64,000 nt of DNA from Oscillospiraceae bacterium (GCA_015065785.1 SVPR01000007.1:35634-99633), one strand, 5' to 3'; positions 1 through 9,640 are shown, numbered from the stretch's first letter. Numbers and translations are program-made. The notes: generated by a model not told the origin, from the letters alone.

Positions 1-1293
1 AGCTTCCATAACACCACCTGTTGCACCGAAGATTGTACCGGCACCTGAACCAAGTCCGAATGGTGCATCAAATTCTGCATCAGGAATATTATTGAAGTTG
101 ATACCTGCTTTTTTAATCATTCTTGCAAGCTCTCTTACTGTGATTGAAGCATCAATATCAGCGAGACCTTTAACTGCTGTGTGGTCAAGTCTTTCTGCTT
201 CAAATTTCTTTGCAGTACAAGGCATAACAGATACAACAAAAATATCTTTAGGATCGATACCCATTTTTTCAGCGTAGTAAGTTTTAGCTACTGAGCCGAA
301 CATACCTTGTGGTGATTTACAAGATGAAAGGTTAGGAATAAATTCAGGATAATAGTGTTCGCAGAATTTAATCCAGCCTGGTGAGCAAGATGTGATTAAA
401 GGAAGATTTTCTTTCTTTTCAAATCTCTCAAGGAATTCTGTTGCTTCTTCCATAATTGTAAGGTCAGCTGTGAAGTTTGTATCAAACACCTTATCAAAGC
501 CGAGCATTTTAAGAGCTGCAACCATTTTACCTGTAACAATTGTACCCATTTCCTTGCCGAATTCTTCGCCAAGTGCAACACGAACTGCAGGAGCAGTCTG
601 AACAATAACATGCTTTGCAGGGTCGTTGATTGCGTCAAATACCTTAGCTGTATCATCTCTTTCTGAAAGAGCACCTGTAGGACAAGCAGTGATACATTGA
701 CCGCAAGATACACAAGCAACATCGTTAAGATTGTATTCAAATGCTGAGCCGATGTGAGTATCAAAACCACGAGCGTTAGCACCGATTACAGAGATGCCCT
801 GAAGCTTTTCACAAGCGGCAACGCAACGACGGCAGAGGATACATTTTTCGTTATCACGATACATATGAGTTGCAGAATCGTCGATAGCGTAGTTTATGAA
901 TGCACCATCGAATTTGTTAGCGTCTTCAATACCGTAATCCTTACAAAGCTTCTGAAGCTCACAATTGCCACTTCTTACACAAGAAAGGCATTCTTTTTTG
1001 TGTGTTGAAAGAATAAGCTCAAGAGTAGTTTTTCTTGATTCAATAACTTTTGGTGTGTTTGTGAAAATTTCCATACCCTCGTTTACAGGGAATACGCAAG
1101 ATGCAACAAGGCTTCTTGCACCTTTAACCTCAACAACACAAATACGGCAAGCACCAATAGCGTTGATATCTTTAAGGTAGCAAAGAGTAGGAATTTCAAT
1201 ACCTGCTTTATGAGCAGCTTCGAGAATTGTGATTCCGGCAGGAACTTGATAGTCGAAGCCATTTATTTTAATATTAACTAAATTTTCCATCAT
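1..1293 (-). CDS. hydA: [FeFe]-hydrogenase catalytic subunit (HydA/HndD type), first 431 codons; 3' end lies beyond the window start
   Basis: Absent from the ORF track because it is open at the window edge. My reverse translation from ATG 1293 gives MMENLVNIKINGFDYQVPAGITILEAAHKAGIEIPTLCYL... It carries Fe-S Cys motifs (GACRICVVEV, CILCRRCVAAC, CVSCGQCITACPTGA) and H-domain motifs ITSCSPGW and VMPCTAKKFE. AGGAGG RBS at 1299-1304. Confidence 0.9.
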   Translation of the reverse strand, partial: MMENLVNIKINGFDYQVPAGITILEAAHKAGIEIPTLCYLKDINAIGACRICVVEVKGARSLVASCVFPVNEGMEIFTNTPKVIESRKTTLELILSTHKKECLSCVRSGNCELQKLCKDYGIEDANKFDGAFINYAIDDSATHMYRDNEKCILCRRCVAACEKLQGISVIGANARGFDTHIGSAFEYNLNDVACVSCGQCITACPTGALSERDDTAKVFDAINDPAKHVIVQTAPAVRVALGEEFGKEMGTIVTGKMVAALKMLGFDKVFDTNFTADLTIMEEATEFLERFEKKENLPLITSCSPGWIKFCEHYYPEFIPNLSSCKSPQGMFGSVAKTYYAEKMGIDPKDIFVVSVMPCTAKKFEAERLDHTAVKGLADIDASITVRELARMIKKAGINFNNIPDAEFDAPFGLGSGAGTIFGATGGVMEA

Positions 1294-1303
1294 CAGTTCC
1301 TCC

Positions 1304-3109
1304 TTATTTATTTATAGCCTTTGGCTTACAGTTACCGATACATACGCCACATTTTACGCACTTATCTGTATCAATTGTGAATGATGCAAGCTTATGGCCA
1401 GGTGCGATGTAATCTGTTCTTGTAATTGCTTCAACAGGACAGTTTTTAGCACAGATACCGCAACCGATACATTTATCTTTATCAATTGAGAATGATACAA
1501 GGTCTTTACAAACACCTGCTGGACATTTCTTATCAACAACATGAGCAATATATTCATCTCTGAAGCGTTGATATGTAGAAAGAACAGGGTTTGGAGCAGT
1601 CTGACCAAGACCGCAGAGTGAGTTTTCTTTGATGTAGTTACAAAGCTTTTCCATTCTGTCAAGGTCTTCTAAAGTACCTTTACCGCTTGTAATCTTTTCA
1701 AGAATTTCAAGAAGTCTTCTTGTACCAACACGGCAAGGTGTACATTTACCGCAGGATTCATCAACTGTGAATTCAAGGAAGAATTTTGCAATGTCAACCA
1801 TACAGTCGTCTTCATCCATAACGATAAGACCGCCTGAACCCATCATTGCACCTTTAGCAACGAGGTTATCGTAGTCGATTTCAATATCAAGTAAGTCAGC
1901 AGGAAGACATCCGCCTGAAGGGCCGCCTGTCTGTGCTGCCTTGAATTTTTTGCCGTTTGGAATACCTCCACCGATATCTTCAACAATTTCACGGAGTGTA
2001 GTACCCATAGGAACCTCAACAAGACCTGTGTTGTTGATTTTACCACCTAATGCGAAAACTTTAGTACCCTTACTGTTTTCGGTACCCATTGTGTTAAAGA
2101 ATTCAGCACCGTGAAGAATGATTTGCGGAATATTTGCAAATGTTTCAACATTGTTTTCAGTTGTTGGTTTGCCGAAAAGACCTTTTACTGCCGGGTATGG
2201 AGGACGAGGACGAGGCTCACCACGATTACCCTCAATAGAAGTCATAAGAGCAGTTTCTTCACCGCATACGAAAGCACCGGCACCAAGACGAATAAATAAA
2301 TCAAAGTCAAAGCCTGAGTTAAAGATATTTTTACCTAAAAGGCCATATTCACGAGCATCGTCAATAGCCTTCTGAAGTCTTTCAACTGCGATTGGGTATT
2401 CAGCACGAACATAAACATAACCCTCTGTTGCACCTGTTGCATAACCGCAGATTGTCATAGCTTCAACTAAGCAGTGTGGGTCACCTTCAAGAACTGAACG
2501 GTCCATAAATGCACCTGGGTCACCCTCGTCGGCATTACATACAACATATTTCTGGTCAGCTTTATTAGCAGCAGTAAAGCTCCATTTTCTACCTGTCGGG
2601 AAGCCACCGCCACCACGGCCACGAAGACCTGAGTCAATAACAGTCTGAATAACTTCATCAGGTGTCATTTCTGTAAGAGCCTTTGCAAGTGCACGATAAC
2701 CGTCATAAGCAATATACTCTGTAATATCTTCAGGGTTAATAACACCGCAGTTTCTAAGAGCAACCCTGTGTTGCTTTTTATAGAAGTTTGTTTCATTTAA
2801 AGGCTTAACTGTTTCTTCTGTAACTGTCTCACTGTAAAGAAGTCTTTTAACAATACGACCTTTAAGAAGATGTTCTTCAACGATTTCAGGAATATCTTCC
2901 ACCTTAACTTCACTGTAGAAGCAGCCTTCAGGATAAACAATCATAATAGGACCTAAAGCGCAAAGACCGAAGCAACCGGTTCTTACAACCTGTACTTCAT
3001 CTTCGAGGCCCTTTGCCTTAATGTTTTCATTAAGAGCATCTATAAGCTCGCCACTGTGGCTTGAAGTACAACCAGTACCACCACAAACGAGAACATGGGC
3101 ACGATACAT
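1304..3109 (-). CDS. hydB: NADH/FMN-binding flavoprotein subunit of bifurcating hydrogenase (NuoF/HydB/HndC-like)
   Basis: 601 aa. N-terminal thioredoxin-like 2Fe-2S (VCGGTGC...CFGLC), NuoF core (GRGGGGFPTGRKW, ADEGDPGAF, SCGKCTPCR), C-terminal 2x[4Fe-4S] (CIGCGICAKNCP, CVKCGVCIGNC). Confidence 0.92.
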   Translation of the reverse strand: MYRAHVLVCGGTGCTSSHSGELIDALNENIKAKGLEDEVQVVRTGCFGLCALGPIMIVYPEGCFYSEVKVEDIPEIVEEHLLKGRIVKRLLYSETVTEETVKPLNETNFYKKQHRVALRNCGVINPEDITEYIAYDGYRALAKALTEMTPDEVIQTVIDSGLRGRGGGGFPTGRKWSFTAANKADQKYVVCNADEGDPGAFMDRSVLEGDPHCLVEAMTICGYATGATEGYVYVRAEYPIAVERLQKAIDDAREYGLLGKNIFNSGFDFDLFIRLGAGAFVCGEETALMTSIEGNRGEPRPRPPYPAVKGLFGKPTTENNVETFANIPQIILHGAEFFNTMGTENSKGTKVFALGGKINNTGLVEVPMGTTLREIVEDIGGGIPNGKKFKAAQTGGPSGGCLPADLLDIEIDYDNLVAKGAMMGSGGLIVMDEDDCMVDIAKFFLEFTVDESCGKCTPCRVGTRRLLEILEKITSGKGTLEDLDRMEKLCNYIKENSLCGLGQTAPNPVLSTYQRFRDEYIAHVVDKKCPAGVCKDLVSFSIDKDKCIGCGICAKNCPVEAITRTDYIAPGHKLASFTIDTDKCVKCGVCIGNCKPKAINK

Positions 3110-3144
3110 ATCAATTTCCTCCTTGAGATTATCTTATAATAAAA

Positions 3145-3528
3145 TCACTTTGTAACAGCACCAACTGTGTATTCAACAACAGGCTTGCCGTTAACGAGAT
3201 GTTCTGAAACTACTTTAGCTGCTTTTTCAGCTGTCATCTGAACATAAGTAACTTTTTCTTTACCTGGTTCAAAAACTTCAACTATTGGTTCATATTGGCA
3301 CATACCAATGCAACCTGTCTGTGTAACAGAAACATGTTGAACATTTCTTTTTGCAACCTCATCAACGAGTGCTTTTAAAACAGGACGCGCACCTGCTGCA
3401 ATACCACAGGTAGCCATACCAACAACTACTCTTACGCCGTCGTTACCCTCAGCATCACGAGCTGCAAGCTGTGCCTGAGCCTTTTCTTTTATAGCAAGTA
3501 ACTCTTCAAGAGATTTCATAAAAGTCAT
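3145..3528 (-). CDS. thioredoxin-like [2Fe-2S] ferredoxin (HndB-like small subunit)
   Basis: 127 aa with MATCGIAAGA ... TGCIGMCQYEP motifs. Lies in the operon between the GHKL protein and hydB. Confidence 0.75.
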   Translation of the reverse strand: MTFMKSLEELLAIKEKAQAQLAARDAEGNDGVRVVVGMATCGIAAGARPVLKALVDEVAKRNVQHVSVTQTGCIGMCQYEPIVEVFEPGKEKVTYVQMTAEKAAKVVSEHLVNGKPVVEYTVGAVTK

Positions 3529-4073
3529 TCCTTTCGTGTTAACTCATTTGTTTGTTCGTTTAAGTATTCTTCAATCCAATTCATAACAGATGGCTCCGAA
3601 AGCGGTACACCATCAAGAATTTTCTTTATTTCAACGGTTGAAAAGACAAATTCTTTATCATCTAAAACCCGTTTATATAAAAATTCCTTATCGTTATTCA
3701 TTGAAACTATCGTCACAATAGTCGAGGCAATATCACCTAAGGGGGTAAAATCAATGCTGTCTGTTTTAAACAGAGCTTCAATTCTTGTACCTACACCCTT
3801 TTCTGAATTTATTGAGAAGCTACCGCCTGTCTGTTCAGCAGACATTTTAAAAAGCGGTATTCCCATACCTACCTTACGGGTAGTGCGGGTTGTAAAAAAC
3901 GGGTCAATCACATTTTTAACCTGTTCCTCACTCATTCCGCAACCGTTGTCATAAATTCCGATTAAAAGAGTTTTTTCTTTTGTATTTTCATTCACGACAA
4001 TTTCTGTAAGAGTAGCACCTGCAACTATTGAATTTTGTGCAATATCAAGAATATTAAGTGAGAGTTCTCTCAT
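3525..4073 (-). CDS. stand-alone GHKL (histidine-kinase-like) ATPase domain protein inside the hydrogenase operon
   Basis: 182 aa. N-box LNILDIAQNS, G1 YDNGCGM, G2 GMGIPL...GVGTRIE. No HisKA/dimerisation domain. 4-nt overlap with the downstream gene and 1-nt gap to the upstream one. Confidence 0.7.
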   Translation of the reverse strand: MRELSLNILDIAQNSIVAGATLTEIVVNENTKEKTLLIGIYDNGCGMSEEQVKNVIDPFFTTRTTRKVGMGIPLFKMSAEQTGGSFSINSEKGVGTRIEALFKTDSIDFTPLGDIASTIVTIVSMNNDKEFLYKRVLDDKEFVFSTVEIKKILDGVPLSEPSVMNWIEEYLNEQTNELTRKE

Positions 4074-4074
4074 T

Positions 4075-4572
4075 TTATTTCATATATTTAGCGAGGATAC
4101 CCGGAATATCATCTGCAGTAACCTTACCATAAACCTCACCATTGATTGTGAAAACAGGTGCAAGACCGCAAGCACCAATGCAACGGCAAGCTTCAAGTGA
4201 GAATTTACCATCTGCTGTGCATTCACCTGCACCAATGCCTAAAATCTCACTGATTTTATCAAGAATTTGTTGTGAGCCTTTAACATAGCAAGCTGTACCA
4301 AGACAAACTGAAATGTCATACTCACCCTTTGGTGAAAGTGAGAACTGTGCATAGAAAGTTGCAACGCCATAAACTTTTTCAAGTGGTACATCCATACCCT
4401 CAGCAATCATAACTTGAACTTCACGAGGCAAATAACCATAGATGCCTTGTGCTTCCTGCATTACGTGCATAAGCTGACTTTTATCATCTTTGCACTCTGC
4501 AATAACTGCGTCAAGCTTCGCTTTTTGCTCAGGTGTACCCTTGAATGGAATACTACTGATTTTTTTGAGCAT
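4075..4572 (-). CDS. hydC: NuoE/HydC/HndA-like [2Fe-2S] subunit
   Basis: 165 aa. CLGTACYVKG ... CRCIGACGLAPV, typical of the NuoE 24-kDa family. GGAGG RBS upstream. Confidence 0.88.
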   Translation of the reverse strand: MLKKISSIPFKGTPEQKAKLDAVIAECKDDKSQLMHVMQEAQGIYGYLPREVQVMIAEGMDVPLEKVYGVATFYAQFSLSPKGEYDISVCLGTACYVKGSQQILDKISEILGIGAGECTADGKFSLEACRCIGACGLAPVFTINGEVYGKVTADDIPGILAKYMK

Positions 4573-4867
4573 TCAAAACTCCTCCATTTCAAAAATAGAA
4601 ACTATATTAGGTGGCTTTTCGCCACATGCATACCTTATAATTATAGCAATTCTCAACTGAAAAGTCTATAGAATTTCTCGACTTTTTTCGCCAAATTGAT
4701 ATTTTTTTAACATTTTTATGTTTTGCATAAATTTCGGAGCTAATTTTTTATATCTTTAAACGATATATATATCTTTTCGCTTTAAATTTAGAAACTTTTT
4801 ACAATAGAATAATGTTTTCATTTATGATAGAATATATATATTATATTTTCTTACTGGAGAGCTTTAT

Positions 4868-5218
4868 ATGAAGATTTCTGAAATTCAAACCATACTTAAC
4901 GCAGAGCTTATTTGCGGTGCCGATTTATTAGAGAGTGAGGTTTTCACCGCTTGTGGCAGTGATATGATGAGCGATGTGTTAGCATTTGTAAAGGAACAAG
5001 CTGTTCTTCTTTCCGGTCTTGTTAATCCTCAGGTAATAAGAACTGCAGAAATGATGGATATGAAATGCATTGTTTTCGTTCGCGGCAAAAAACCTGACAT
5101 TGATATGATTGACCTTGCAACAGAAAGGGATATTGTTCTTTTAAGAAGTGAATTAGAAATGTTCACCGCTTGCGGTCTTCTTTATAAAAACGGACTTAAA
5201 GGAGGCAGCGGAATTTAA
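4868..5218 (+). CDS. DRTGG-domain protein
   Basis: 116 aa, GGAGAG RBS. Small CBS-associated-type domain pattern (SDVLAF..., LLSGLVNPQVIRTAE, VFVRGKKP). Family call is from memory of this conserved hydrogenase-linked cluster. Confidence 0.55.
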   Translation: MKISEIQTILNAELICGADLLESEVFTACGSDMMSDVLAFVKEQAVLLSGLVNPQVIRTAEMMDMKCIVFVRGKKPDIDMIDLATERDIVLLRSELEMFTACGLLYKNGLKGGSGI

Positions 5219-5219
5219 A

Positions 5220-5642
5220 ATGGAATCTATTAAGCTTCATTATGATGTCAGCGGTAACGATTTTACTTGTGCAGGTGAAGCATCAGGTAAAATCAAACGC
5301 GAATTAAAAGGCTTGGGCTTCCCTACAGATATTGTAAGGAATGTGGCAATTGCCGTTTACGAGGGTGAAATCAATATGGTTATCCACGCAGGTGGTGGTG
5401 TAATTGATGTCGAAATCACACCTGAATGCATTTCACTTGACTTAATAGACGAGGGTCCTGGTATTCCCGATGTTTCTCTCGCAATGAAGGAAGGCTTTTC
5501 AACCGCACCCGAAAATGTTCGTCAATTGGGCTTTGGTGCCGGTATGGGCTTACCAAACATAAAAAAATACACCGACGAAATGGTTATTGATACTGAGGTT
5601 GGTGTTGGTACTACAATACATTTAAAGGTTTTTGTAAAATAA
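5220..5642 (+). CDS. GHKL ATPase / anti-sigma-factor-type Ser-kinase-like protein
   Basis: 140 aa. AVYEGEINMVIHA, DEGPGIPD, GFGAGMGLPNIKK, GTTIHL motifs of HATPase_c. Confidence 0.7.
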   Translation: MESIKLHYDVSGNDFTCAGEASGKIKRELKGLGFPTDIVRNVAIAVYEGEINMVIHAGGGVIDVEITPECISLDLIDEGPGIPDVSLAMKEGFSTAPENVRQLGFGAGMGLPNIKKYTDEMVIDTEVGVGTTIHLKVFVK

Positions 5643-5673
5643 ATTCAGAAGTATAATTTTGGAAGGTTTATTT

Positions 5674-6996
5674 ATGGACGCATATTTCCATTCTGTACGA
5701 CTTGATAAAGACAAATGCAAGGGCTGTACGAACTGCATTAAGCGTTGTCCTACACAAGCAATAAGAGTTCGTGCCGGAAAAGCTCATATTATAAAAGAGC
5801 GTTGCATTGATTGTGGTGAATGTATAAGAGTTTGTCCGCACCACGCAAAATATGCAAGTCGTGACTCATTATCACAAATTGTAAATTATAAATACAGAAT
5901 AGCACTCCCTGCTCCTGCACTTTATGCACAGTTCAACAACTTAGAGGATGCTACCCCTGTTTTAAGGGCTCTTCCCCTTTTAGGCTTTGATTCAGTATTT
6001 GAGGTTGCGGCAGCGGCAGAGCTAATTTCAGAAGCTACAAGAAGAATGATGAAAGAAGGCAAGCTCAAAAAGCCGATTATTTCATCTGCCTGTCCTGCGG
6101 TAGTAAGACTCATTCGTGTGTGCTTCCCTGACTTGCTTGATAATCTTTTGCCGATTAACCCACCGGTAGAAGAGGCTGCAAGACTTGCAAGAGAATATGC
6201 AGTTAAAGAAACGGGCTTAAGACCACAGGAAATCGGTATATTCTTCATCTCTCCTTGTCCTGCTAAAATTACATCGTTCAAGAATCCGTTAGGTATGGCA
6301 AAATCCAATGTTGACGGAGCTGTCAGCATAAACGATATTTACCCTGTTCTTTTAAAAATTATGGAAAAGGCAGATAAATACAACATTCCTAAAGCAGCGC
6401 AAAACTCTGGTATTATTGGTATGAGTTGGGCTGCAAGTGGTGGCGAGGTTTCAGGAAGTCTTAATGAAAATGCACTTTCAGCAGATGGCATTGAAAATTG
6501 TATGAAAATTCTTGAAGAGGTTGAAACCGGCACTCTTGATTCAGTTGATTTCATTGAGCTTAATGCTTGTCAGGGCGGTTGCGTCGGCGGTTGCCTTACT
6601 TCAGAAAACCCCTACATTGCTAAATCAAGACTTAAAAAGCTCAGAAAATATGCCCCCGTTTCTAAAAACAGTTTATCTGTCGAGGGCATACCGGAGCACC
6701 TCTTGAAAGAAAGTCCTATTGAGCCTTGTAACGATGTTATGAAGCTTGCTGACAATGTTACAGAAGCTATGACCAGAATGAAGCGAATGAATGAGCTTTT
6801 AGAAGTTTTCCCAGGGCTTGATTGCGGTACCTGTGGTGCTCCTAGCTGCAGAGCCTTAGCAGAAGATATTGTAAGAGGCTTTGCAAGTGAAGACGACTGC
6901 GTTTTCAGAATGAAGCAGAACCTTGCTCAGCTTCAGAATGGTGAAAATTTTGAAAGTCTTATTCCTGCACCGTTCAGAGAAAATCCGGAAGAGTGA
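5674..6996 (+). CDS. sensory-type [FeFe]-hydrogenase-like protein (HydS-like, no PAS domain)
   Basis: Track ORF starts at TTG 5659. ATG 5674 has a GGAAGG RBS. Contains 2x[4Fe-4S] (CKGCTNCIKRCP, CIDCGECIRVCP), H-domain motifs SSACPAV (6082-6096), ISPCPAK (Cys 6256-6258) and ELNACQGGCVGG, and a C-terminal extra Fe-S motif CGTCGAPSCRALAEDIV. Confidence 0.8.
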   Translation: MDAYFHSVRLDKDKCKGCTNCIKRCPTQAIRVRAGKAHIIKERCIDCGECIRVCPHHAKYASRDSLSQIVNYKYRIALPAPALYAQFNNLEDATPVLRALPLLGFDSVFEVAAAAELISEATRRMMKEGKLKKPIISSACPAVVRLIRVCFPDLLDNLLPINPPVEEAARLAREYAVKETGLRPQEIGIFFISPCPAKITSFKNPLGMAKSNVDGAVSINDIYPVLLKIMEKADKYNIPKAAQNSGIIGMSWAASGGEVSGSLNENALSADGIENCMKILEEVETGTLDSVDFIELNACQGGCVGGCLTSENPYIAKSRLKKLRKYAPVSKNSLSVEGIPEHLLKESPIEPCNDVMKLADNVTEAMTRMKRMNELLEVFPGLDCGTCGAPSCRALAEDIVRGFASEDDCVFRMKQNLAQLQNGENFESLIPAPFRENPEE

Positions 6997-7002
6997 TATA
7001 TT

Positions 7003-7332
7003 TTGACAGTAAAAGAATTCAGTGATAAATTAAATTTAAAATATCTGACAAGTGAATCTAAAGCAACCGAAAGAGAAATTAACGGTTGCTACTGTGGCGA
7101 CCTTTTAAGCTGGGTTATGTCAAGAGCTAAAGAGGATAATATATGGTTAACAGTTATGGGGAATATTAACTCCATTGGTGTTGCTGTTTTAACCGATGTT
7201 TCCTGCATTGTTTTGACAGAAAATGCACCTCTTGATGATAACGCAAAAGAAAAAGCAGAACAAAACGCCGTTATTATTCTCACAACTGATAAAACATCTT
7301 ACGAAGTAGCTGCGGAGTTTTCTGAAATTTAA
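7003..7332 (+). CDS. DRTGG-domain protein (second copy)
   Basis: 109 aa, TTG start after GGAAGAG. GDLLSWVMSRA..., WLTVMGNINSIGVA, IILT pattern. Confidence 0.5.
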   Translation: MTVKEFSDKLNLKYLTSESKATEREINGCYCGDLLSWVMSRAKEDNIWLTVMGNINSIGVAVLTDVSCIVLTENAPLDDNAKEKAEQNAVIILTTDKTSYEVAAEFSEI

Positions 7333-8048
7333 TGAAGCTTTATTACGATTTTCACATCCATTCAGGGCTCAGCCCCTGCGGTGATAACGAAATGACACCT
7401 AACAACATTGTCAATATGGCAAAGCTTTACGATTTAGATGTCATCGCTTTAACTGACCATAACTCCACGCTTAATTGCAAAGCGGTTATGGAAGCAGCTG
7501 AAGAAATAGGCTTACTTGTAATTCCGGGAATGGAGCTATGCACATCGGAAGAGGTGCACATAGTTTGTCTGTTCCCCAATTTAGAAAGTGCGACTAAATT
7601 CGGCGATTATATTCGCTCGACACTACCACCTATCAGAAACAAGCCTACTGTTTTTGGTGAACAGCTTGTTTTTGATAAGAATGACAATGTACTTGGATTT
7701 GAACACACCCTTTTAATTACCGCTTCTTCTATCAGTGCTAATGATGCGGTGAGTGTCGTTGCAGATTATGGCGGAATTTGTTTCCCAGCTCACATTGACA
7801 GAAATTCTTATAGTATTTTATCTAATTTAGGTACAATAGATGAATCTTTCAGATTCAATTGTGCAGAAGTTTTTGACACTGAACAAATAGAGCAATTAAA
7901 AATACAACATCCCTACTTAAACAATTTAAGAATTCTTTCAAGCTCAGATGCCCATTATTTGGAGCATTTAAGACTAAAAGAGCATTTTATTGAACCGGCA
8001 GAAAATACAATTGAAGCAATTTTTGAATATTTAAAATCACCTTGTTAA
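7332..8048 (+). CDS. PHP-domain metal-dependent phosphoesterase
   Basis: 238 aa. DFHIHSGLSPCG, ALTDHNS, PAHIDR, SSSDAH motifs. Start overlaps the previous stop (TAATG). Confidence 0.8.
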   Translation: MKLYYDFHIHSGLSPCGDNEMTPNNIVNMAKLYDLDVIALTDHNSTLNCKAVMEAAEEIGLLVIPGMELCTSEEVHIVCLFPNLESATKFGDYIRSTLPPIRNKPTVFGEQLVFDKNDNVLGFEHTLLITASSISANDAVSVVADYGGICFPAHIDRNSYSILSNLGTIDESFRFNCAEVFDTEQIEQLKIQHPYLNNLRILSSSDAHYLEHLRLKEHFIEPAENTIEAIFEYLKSPC

Positions 8049-8061
8049 AAGGAGTGTCGTA

Positions 8062-9567
8062 ATGAGTACAGAAACCGTTGCTACCTACGATAAAAATAAA
8101 CCCCTGCGCTATGTAGGCAAACGCGAAACCTTCGCCTACATATTAAACGATATTGCGGCTAGTCTTAACATAAATGATTACAAAGAACGATTTATTTATG
8201 ATGTTGTTAAAATCGATTTTGGCTACCTTGCAATTCAGAATGTTATTGCTACTGTATGGGACTCTATAAACGATACATTTATAGGTGTTATGGTTGATAA
8301 AACCAGAACCCGTTGGGGCAAATTCAAGCCTTATGTTCTTTTTGGTGAAATACCTTTAACACTTATCGGTCTTTTTATGTGGTTGATTCCGTTCATCTTT
8401 CCTAACACAGTTGCAACACACATTCCTAAATGGCTTTTCTATTTTGCTATGAGCATAGTAACAGAAACTGCCGAAACATTCACATCAATTGCAAAAACGG
8501 GATTTCTTGCAACAATTACGCCTGAACCTTTAGAGCGTTCAAGGTTAATTGCACTTGCAAATGTCACTTCACACTTAATAGAAGATGTACCTAAGCAGAT
8601 TTTTGGTATTTTATTTGACCTTATAGCAAACAAAAAAATAAATATGCAATTACCAAGACTTTTCTCAACATTTGGTATTGCTTGTGCAGTTATTTCTGCT
8701 TCGTTTACATTATTCTTCGCAACAAACTCAAGAGAGCGTGTTTCACAATCTATTAAGCAACCATCGGTAAAGCATTGTCTTAAAGCCGTTGTAAATAACA
8801 AACCTATGCTTATTTATCTGCTTTCCGATTTCTTGTCGGGATTCAGCGTAGGTTTAAGCAGAACGAACTTCTATATAGATGTTCTTGGTTCTGTAACCTG
8901 GAAAACAATTGTTGGTATTCCTGCATTCCCCGTTAAATTTATAAGCTACAGCTTCGTTGAACCTTTAAGAAAACGATTTGCAACAAAAACCCTCTGGATT
9001 TTAGAGGATGCCTGGACTGATATGTTATGGCTCACCGTTTTCGGTATAGGCTCTATAAATAAAAACTTCAAGAAAAAAGCAGTTATATTACCTTTAATGG
9101 CAATTGAAGAAGTTTTTGAAATGTGCGTTTATGGTTTAAGGCGAGTTATTCCTGCCGAAATACAGAATGAAGCTCTTGACTATTGTGAATGGAAAAATGG
9201 TTATCGTTCTGAAGCAATGATTGGCGTTTCAAAAGGTCTTATTACTAAACTTCAAAGAGCAATTATGGGTAGTGTAAATAATCTTGTAATGGGCAAAATC
9301 GGTTACATTCAGGGTAAAGAAATCGGCACACAAACCGATAAAACAAAATGGTGGATTTTTGCTCTCGGTACAGGTATTCCGATTATTTCTTCCTGTCTTG
9401 GAATTGTTCCGAAATTATTCTATACGCTTTCTGGTGAAAAGCGTGAAAAAATGTACTCTGACCTTCAGATACAAAGAGCTGAGCTTGCAGAATTTATGAA
9501 AACTGCAACTCCTGAAGAAATTGAAGAAATGGCAGAAAGACAATTAAACGGTGGTTTCAGCCATTGA
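8062..9567 (+). CDS. GPH-family (glycoside-pentoside-hexuronide) MFS symporter
   Basis: 501 aa polytopic. DSINDTFIGVMVDKTRTRWGKFKPY signature loop typical of MelB/GPH transporters. AAGGAG RBS. Confidence 0.8.
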   Translation: MSTETVATYDKNKPLRYVGKRETFAYILNDIAASLNINDYKERFIYDVVKIDFGYLAIQNVIATVWDSINDTFIGVMVDKTRTRWGKFKPYVLFGEIPLTLIGLFMWLIPFIFPNTVATHIPKWLFYFAMSIVTETAETFTSIAKTGFLATITPEPLERSRLIALANVTSHLIEDVPKQIFGILFDLIANKKINMQLPRLFSTFGIACAVISASFTLFFATNSRERVSQSIKQPSVKHCLKAVVNNKPMLIYLLSDFLSGFSVGLSRTNFYIDVLGSVTWKTIVGIPAFPVKFISYSFVEPLRKRFATKTLWILEDAWTDMLWLTVFGIGSINKNFKKKAVILPLMAIEEVFEMCVYGLRRVIPAEIQNEALDYCEWKNGYRSEAMIGVSKGLITKLQRAIMGSVNNLVMGKIGYIQGKEIGTQTDKTKWWIFALGTGIPIISSCLGIVPKLFYTLSGEKREKMYSDLQIQRAELAEFMKTATPEEIEEMAERQLNGGFSH

Positions 9568-9588
9568 TATTAAATCAGATAAAAAATC

Positions 9589-9634
9589 CAAGGTGTCTTG
9601 ACTTTGATAGTCAAGACACCTTGTTCTATTATTT
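9589..9634. terminator. bidirectional intrinsic terminator between convergent genes
   Basis: Perfect 14-bp stem CAAGGTGTCTTGAC/GTCAAGACACCTTG (9589-9602 / 9610-9623), A-run before and T-rich run after. Confidence 0.8.
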
Positions 9635-9640
9635 TTAAAA

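Noticed and set aside
377-397. The catalytic HydA L1 motif reads TSCSP, whereas the canonical motif I remember is TSCCP. That would put Ser at the position of the [4Fe-4S] ligand Cys.
   Set aside because: I cannot align reliably by eye, and I recall TSCSPGW being common in bifurcating-type HydA sequences, so my residue assignment may be off by one. I did not promote it to a finding without a proper alignment against CpI/CrHydA1.
396-782. 128-aa minus-strand ORF, and other internal ORFs within hydA, hydB, the surface-protein genes and the arg genes (for example 1354-1662, 5922-6329, 10910-11188, 15552-15905, 38022-40142 plus-strand set, 42965-43354, 60259-60708).
   Set aside because: They are alternative frames or antisense to genes with strong family motifs. 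They have no RBS and biased, low-complexity composition.
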